From positions 1 through 6,663 of IMG/VR virus record IMGVR_UViG_3300029558_000069: a DNA stretch of 6,663 nt. One strand, 5' to 3'. The notes beneath the pieces were generated by a model. That model saw only the letters and a program-made list of their open reading frames with translations. It was not told the origin of the DNA and did no database searches. The number at the start of each line of letters is the position of its first letter. Positions within the stretch are counted from its first letter, which is position 1. This DNA is from a virus. Of this stretch, positions 4,768-6,663 are shown piece after piece. A program made the translations under genes and the position numbers.

Positions 4768-5886
4768 CTAATCATAATAATCATAATAAGTATGTTTAGA
4801 GTTTCCATCAGTACTTTTAACCTCATGTTTTTCTCGAGGTTTGCCTGAATTACTTGAACGGGGATTCGCAAAAGGCACAAATCCTGCAACATCACCGAGG
4901 ATAGCATGTATCTCTCGCATAGTACGTTCAAAATCATCCCAATTCATATCCTGAGACAAATCAAAACGAAGACGGGCTTCCTCAGCATTCACCTTAAAGC
5001 CTAAATCCTGATAGAACGAAGCCAAAGCTTCATTAAGCTTTTCCTGAGACTTCATAAGAGGCAACTTGACAGAGAGTTCTCGAAAAGCTAGCTTCAGTTG
5101 TTCTTCAGATACCTTTAATTGACCTTCAAGAACCTTAAGTTTGCCATGCTCAATATATGCATCCAAAGCAACACGAACGTGACGTTCCCAAACACGATCA
5201 TCAACATCAGCAGCTTGTGAAATCAAAAGGTCTACCTCAGATTTTATCTTTTTAATAGAAGCATTAATTTGCTCAACCATACTACGAGCCTGAGAAGCTT
5301 GTGCATCATTAAGTTTGATTTTGCTATCATTAACAAGAATAACGCTCTCCATGGTATCCAACTGACCTTGATTGAAAGCATCCCTGAATGAAGCGTCAGA
5401 TTTAAGAATATCATTCGTATGCTCCTGACCTTCAGTTTCAGCATTAGTCTTAGCAACCTGAGCTGATAAAGCGGTGTCAGCAAGAGCTTGAGAAGCAACG
5501 CTACCAATAGGTCTATAACGATTCCATGCAGAAGTATCAGCAACAGGACCAGAAGGTGTATGACCACCTTGAGCTTGGACAGATGAACCTTGTAAAGCTC
5601 CTTGTGTAACATACAAATCGGGGTTAATTCCAGCAGCCTGTAAGCGAGCCTGAACAGCAGCGGGAGCGTTATAGTCGTTATTAGCTTGCCAAAGCTTATA
5701 ATTCCAATCATTTTGAGCTTCACGCTCAGAGGTTTGCCATTTACGTGTCTTCTCAGCTTCTTCACGCGCCGCCGCGAGCTGTTTATCAACAGATCGATTC
5801 TGAGAATGAGCACCAAATAAATTAGAGATGCCGGAAAGTGCGCCACCAATGAGCGCACTACCAGCACCAGCAAAGAATTTTCCCAT
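4768..5886 (-). CDS. VP2: VP2 minor capsid / DNA pilot protein, the functional analogue of phiX174 H, 372 aa.
   Basis: - Gly-rich hydrophobic N-terminus, MGKFFAGAGSALIGGALSGISNLFG.
- RLQAAGINPDLY (AGINP at aa 85-89), which resembles the AGLNP motif I recall as common in microvirus VP2.
- A long central region rich in Q, E, K, A and L that looks coiled-coil.
- Position downstream of VP1.
- The ATG overlaps the upstream stop in TAATG. Confidence 0.85.
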   Translation of the reverse strand: MGKFFAGAGSALIGGALSGISNLFGAHSQNRSVDKQLAAAREEAEKTRKWQTSEREAQNDWNYKLWQANNDYNAPAAVQARLQAAGINPDLYVTQGALQGSSVQAQGGHTPSGPVADTSAWNRYRPIGSVASQALADTALSAQVAKTNAETEGQEHTNDILKSDASFRDAFNQGQLDTMESVILVNDSKIKLNDAQASQARSMVEQINASIKKIKSEVDLLISQAADVDDRVWERHVRVALDAYIEHGKLKVLEGQLKVSEEQLKLAFRELSVKLPLMKSQEKLNEALASFYQDLGFKVNAEEARLRFDLSQDMNWDDFERTMREIHAILGDVAGFVPFANPRSSNSGKPREKHEVKSTDGNSKHTYYDYYD

Positions 5887-6197
5887 TATTTCAACTCTTT
5901 ACGCTTATCTTTGTAGGCGGCTACAATTTTAGCGCGAGCATCACGTTGAGCATTCCAAATATCGGCTATATCTTGACCACGGCGATATTCGACAGGAACT
6001 ATCCAGGATTCTTCATCAGTAAAATCATCCGATGGTAGCTGTGAAATATTTTGTGAAGATATAGGCACGCCAGCTTTAGCAGCTTCATACATTTGGGCGG
6101 GAGTGTAAGCAAGGTCACCACGTACAGGAAGTTCACCCGGTTTTCGAGCACATGTACACGTATGCGTGTTCCAAGCATGAATTACTACTTGTTTCAT
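5886..6197 (-). CDS. Hypothetical protein, 103 aa, between VP1 and VP2. Its position makes it a candidate scaffolding or DNA-binding protein.
   Basis: The ATG lies 2 nt after the VP1 stop, in the TAATTATG context. Its stop overlaps the VP2 ATG. It has an N-terminal His/Cys cluster (HAWNTHTCTC) and a basic C-terminus (RDARAKIVAAYKDKRKELK). The function is inferred from position only. Confidence 0.65.
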   Translation of the reverse strand: MKQVVIHAWNTHTCTCARKPGELPVRGDLAYTPAQMYEAAKAGVPISSQNISQLPSDDFTDEESWIVPVEYRRGQDIADIWNAQRDARAKIVAAYKDKRKELK

Positions 6198-6199
6198 AA

Positions 6200-6663
6200 T
6201 TATTCAATATGAGGAATTGAGTTACGAGGTATAGTTGTCTTCTTAGTAATATCAAAAGCGATACTACCCAGAATCTTATCACCATTTTCCGATGTCATAG
6301 CAAATACATCATTAACATGGTCGGGGTTTACGAGCAAAAAGTCCTTAGATAATTCGGGGGCTTTATCAAACACGCGATTAATAAGGAAGTTTCTCATAGA
6401 ACCACGGAATTCACCGTGTACTTCATCAAATGAGGAAATCAAATCCCAGTATGCACGCTGATAACCAAACACATTATTAACATTTGCGGGGTTCGCAACA
6501 TAAGCTTGATACGGACACAAATGTTTGTATAACATAGGTTGGTAAGATATGTTGTTAAACTGCGGAAAATGCCAATCCAAAAGATTCATACGGGTGAAAT
6601 GCGGTGCAAGGAGCTGTGAATAATTCGCAGCAGGAACAACTGACATAACACCAAGAATATAAC
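6200..6663 (-). CDS. VP1: Major capsid protein VP1, C-terminal part. 6565-6663 duplicates 1-99, and the stop is at 6202-6200.
   Basis: The 148-aa track ORF (MSVVPAANYSQLLAPHF...) starts at an internal Met, aa 606 of VP1. The frame stays open upstream to the window end and joins the 1-1897 segment through the terminal repeat (...KYCPEDGYILGVMSVVPAAN...). Confidence 0.93.
   Translation of the reverse strand, partial: YILGVMSVVPAANYSQLLAPHFTRMNLLDWHFPQFNNISYQPMLYKHLCPYQAYVANPANVNNVFGYQRAYWDLISSFDEVHGEFRGSMRNFLINRVFDKAPELSKDFLLVNPDHVNDVFAMTSENGDKILGSIAFDITKKTTIPRNSIPHIE
6565..6663 (+). repeat. Terminal direct repeat, copy 2. It duplicates 1-99.
   Basis: Same comparison as copy 1. The repeat runs to the last base of the window, so its true extent is set by the window or assembly boundary. 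Confidence 0.95.

Noticed and set aside
5244-5873. 209-aa Leu-rich ORF in the +1 frame inside VP2. It is tempting as an overprinted gene by analogy with phiX174 E inside D.
   Set aside because: - It starts at TTG, not ATG.
- Every long alternative-frame ORF on this strand (298-543, 556-765, 2853-3170, 3249-3512, 3549-3830) is in the same +1 register and uses TTG or GTG.
- The genes strongly prefer T at codon position 3, which removes TAA, TAG and TGA from the +1 frame. The open frame is therefore a compositional by-product.

It is worth a formal test of synonymous-rate suppression in VP2, but I would not call it.
6200-6646. The 148-aa ORF taken as an independent gene.
   Set aside because: Its Met is internal. 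The frame stays open upstream through the terminal repeat and joins 1-1897, so it is the C-terminus of VP1.
1-6663. tRNA, rRNA, CRISPR arrays, transposase or IS ends, and toxin-antitoxin or defence-system genes.
   Set aside because: There are no T-loop or cloverleaf candidates, no regularly spaced repeats, no terminal inverted repeats, and no ORFs with recognisable motifs of those classes. The phage core genes and small ORFs account for the whole coding capacity.

Overview
The window is a complete, circularly permuted genome of a small ssDNA phage of the family Microviridae. It has the VP1/VP2/VP4 gene set of the gokushovirus/alpavirus type, not the phiX174 type. The first 99 nt (1-99) recur exactly at 6565-6663, so the unit genome is 6,564 nt and the window opens inside the major capsid gene.

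All credible genes lie on the minus strand and are tightly packed. In transcription order they are:
- VP4 replication initiator, 3909->2512
- a 59-aa ORF that is not in the supplied track, 2509->2330
- a 74-aa ORF, 2317->2093
- a 66-70-aa protein with a hydrophobic, lipoprotein-like N-terminus, 2100->1900
- VP1 major capsid, 753 aa, 1897->1 continuing 6564->6200
- a 103-aa ORF, 6197->5886
- VP2 pilot/minor capsid protein, 5886->4768
- a 97-aa ORF, 4677->4384
- a 474-nt non-coding region, 4383->3910, leading back to VP4

That non-coding region holds at least six stem-loops, a threefold 13-mer repeat and an A15 tract abutting the VP4 start codon.

Expression signals point to a Bacteroidetes host. 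No gene has a Shine-Dalgarno sequence, all eight starts have A at -3, and two TAnnTTTG -7 boxes are present. I found no integrase, tRNA, rRNA or CRISPR array.

The parts most worth follow-up are the roughly 235-residue insertion in VP1, the structured non-coding hub, the promoter-ORF97-hairpin cassette, and the small membrane protein upstream of VP1. Family-level calls rest on motifs I read directly from manual translation. Subfamily, host and all functional ideas for the small ORFs are inference and need database and structure searches that I cannot run.
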